DNA of 64,000 nucleotides from an uncultured Chlamydiales bacterium (GTDB lineage Bacteria; Chlamydiota; Chlamydiia; Chlamydiales; JAAKFR01): NCBI GenBank assembly GCA_963699155.1, contig OY969414.1, positions 1,029,327 to 1,093,326 of the forward strand, read 5' to 3'. Shown piece by piece: positions 63,818 to 64,000 of this stretch (position 1 is its first letter; each line of letters starts with the position of its first letter). The notes under the pieces were generated by a model. It saw only the letters and a program-made list of their open reading frames with translations, ran no database searches and was not told where the DNA came from. The position numbers and the translations under genes were made by a program.

Positions 63818-64000
63818 TTACATGTTAGGAGGGTGGGCTTGTGACCTGAGTACGTTCAGACGAAGAAAAGAGTAGGTGCAGCAGTAGATGGGCAAACCAA
63901 TAAAAAGTCCCTTTTGCTGCAACACTTCAATAACATTAAAAACTTCAGAGAGCTGATCTAAATGGACAACAGAGAAGAATTTCGGCGCCGATTCACGTAA
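63818..64000 (-). CDS. possible 3' end of a gene continuing beyond the window
   Basis: Minus-strand frame open from the window edge to TAA at 63820..63818 (…FFSVVHLDQLSEVFNVIEVLQQKGLFIGLPIYCC…). No start codon within the window, so it is absent from the ORF track. Confidence 0.25.
   Translation of the reverse strand, partial: LRESAPKFFSVVHLDQLSEVFNVIEVLQQKGLFIGLPIYCCTYSFLRLNVLRSQAHPPNM

Noticed and set aside
1-64000. Search by eye of all intergenic regions over 60 nt for tRNA cloverleaves, rRNA, tmRNA, RNase P RNA or riboswitch-like leaders.
   Set aside because: Nothing convincing was found. The intergenic regions are mostly short, AT-rich promoter spacers or the repeats already listed. A covariance-model scan (tRNAscan-SE or Infernal) would be needed to be definitive.

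Overview
This 64-kb chromosomal segment holds about 60 protein genes. I saw no rRNA, tRNA or CRISPR array by eye. The gene content points to an environmental, amoeba-associated member of the Chlamydiae; this taxonomic call is inference. Supporting signs are a 916-aa FtsH with a long N-terminal extension, tilS-ftsH and rpsO-pnp neighbourhoods, LptF/G, small membrane proteins with paired hydrophobic segments (Inc-like), and MORN/LRR/USP eukaryote-like proteins. Confident housekeeping calls are tdk, an M32 carboxypeptidase, alr, lptF/G, tilS, ftsH, asd, pnp, rpsO, tadA, a rhomboid protease, pncB/pncA, an APC permease, an RNB exoribonuclease, a metal ABC importer, and a split arginine succinyltransferase (AST) catabolic set (astA, class-III aminotransferase, M20 hydrolase, astD, astB). 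Several accessory items deserve a second look. (1) A MORN-LRR-NEL chimeric E3 ubiquitin ligase (11244-13706). (2) An 1108-aa protein with a C-terminal USP-type deubiquitinase domain, whose gene starts 1 nt after pnp (19101-22427). (3) An orphan NHLP-type RiPP/bacteriocin precursor with a double-glycine leader and a consensus promoter (13863-14213). (4) Four tandem paralogous Q/N-rich coiled-coil proteins whose architecture recalls EspA/SseB/needle-type T3SS polymer subunits (31571-33952). (5) A porin, permease-SPFH fusion, HflC-like, HflK-like and orphan binding-protein operon (53195-60477). (6) A 1.6-kb two-ORF DDE insertion sequence caught inside a gene of a small local family. (7) A MITE-like palindromic element and a dispersed REP-like hairpin family. 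All functional calls rest on motif recognition from memory and need HMM or structure confirmation.
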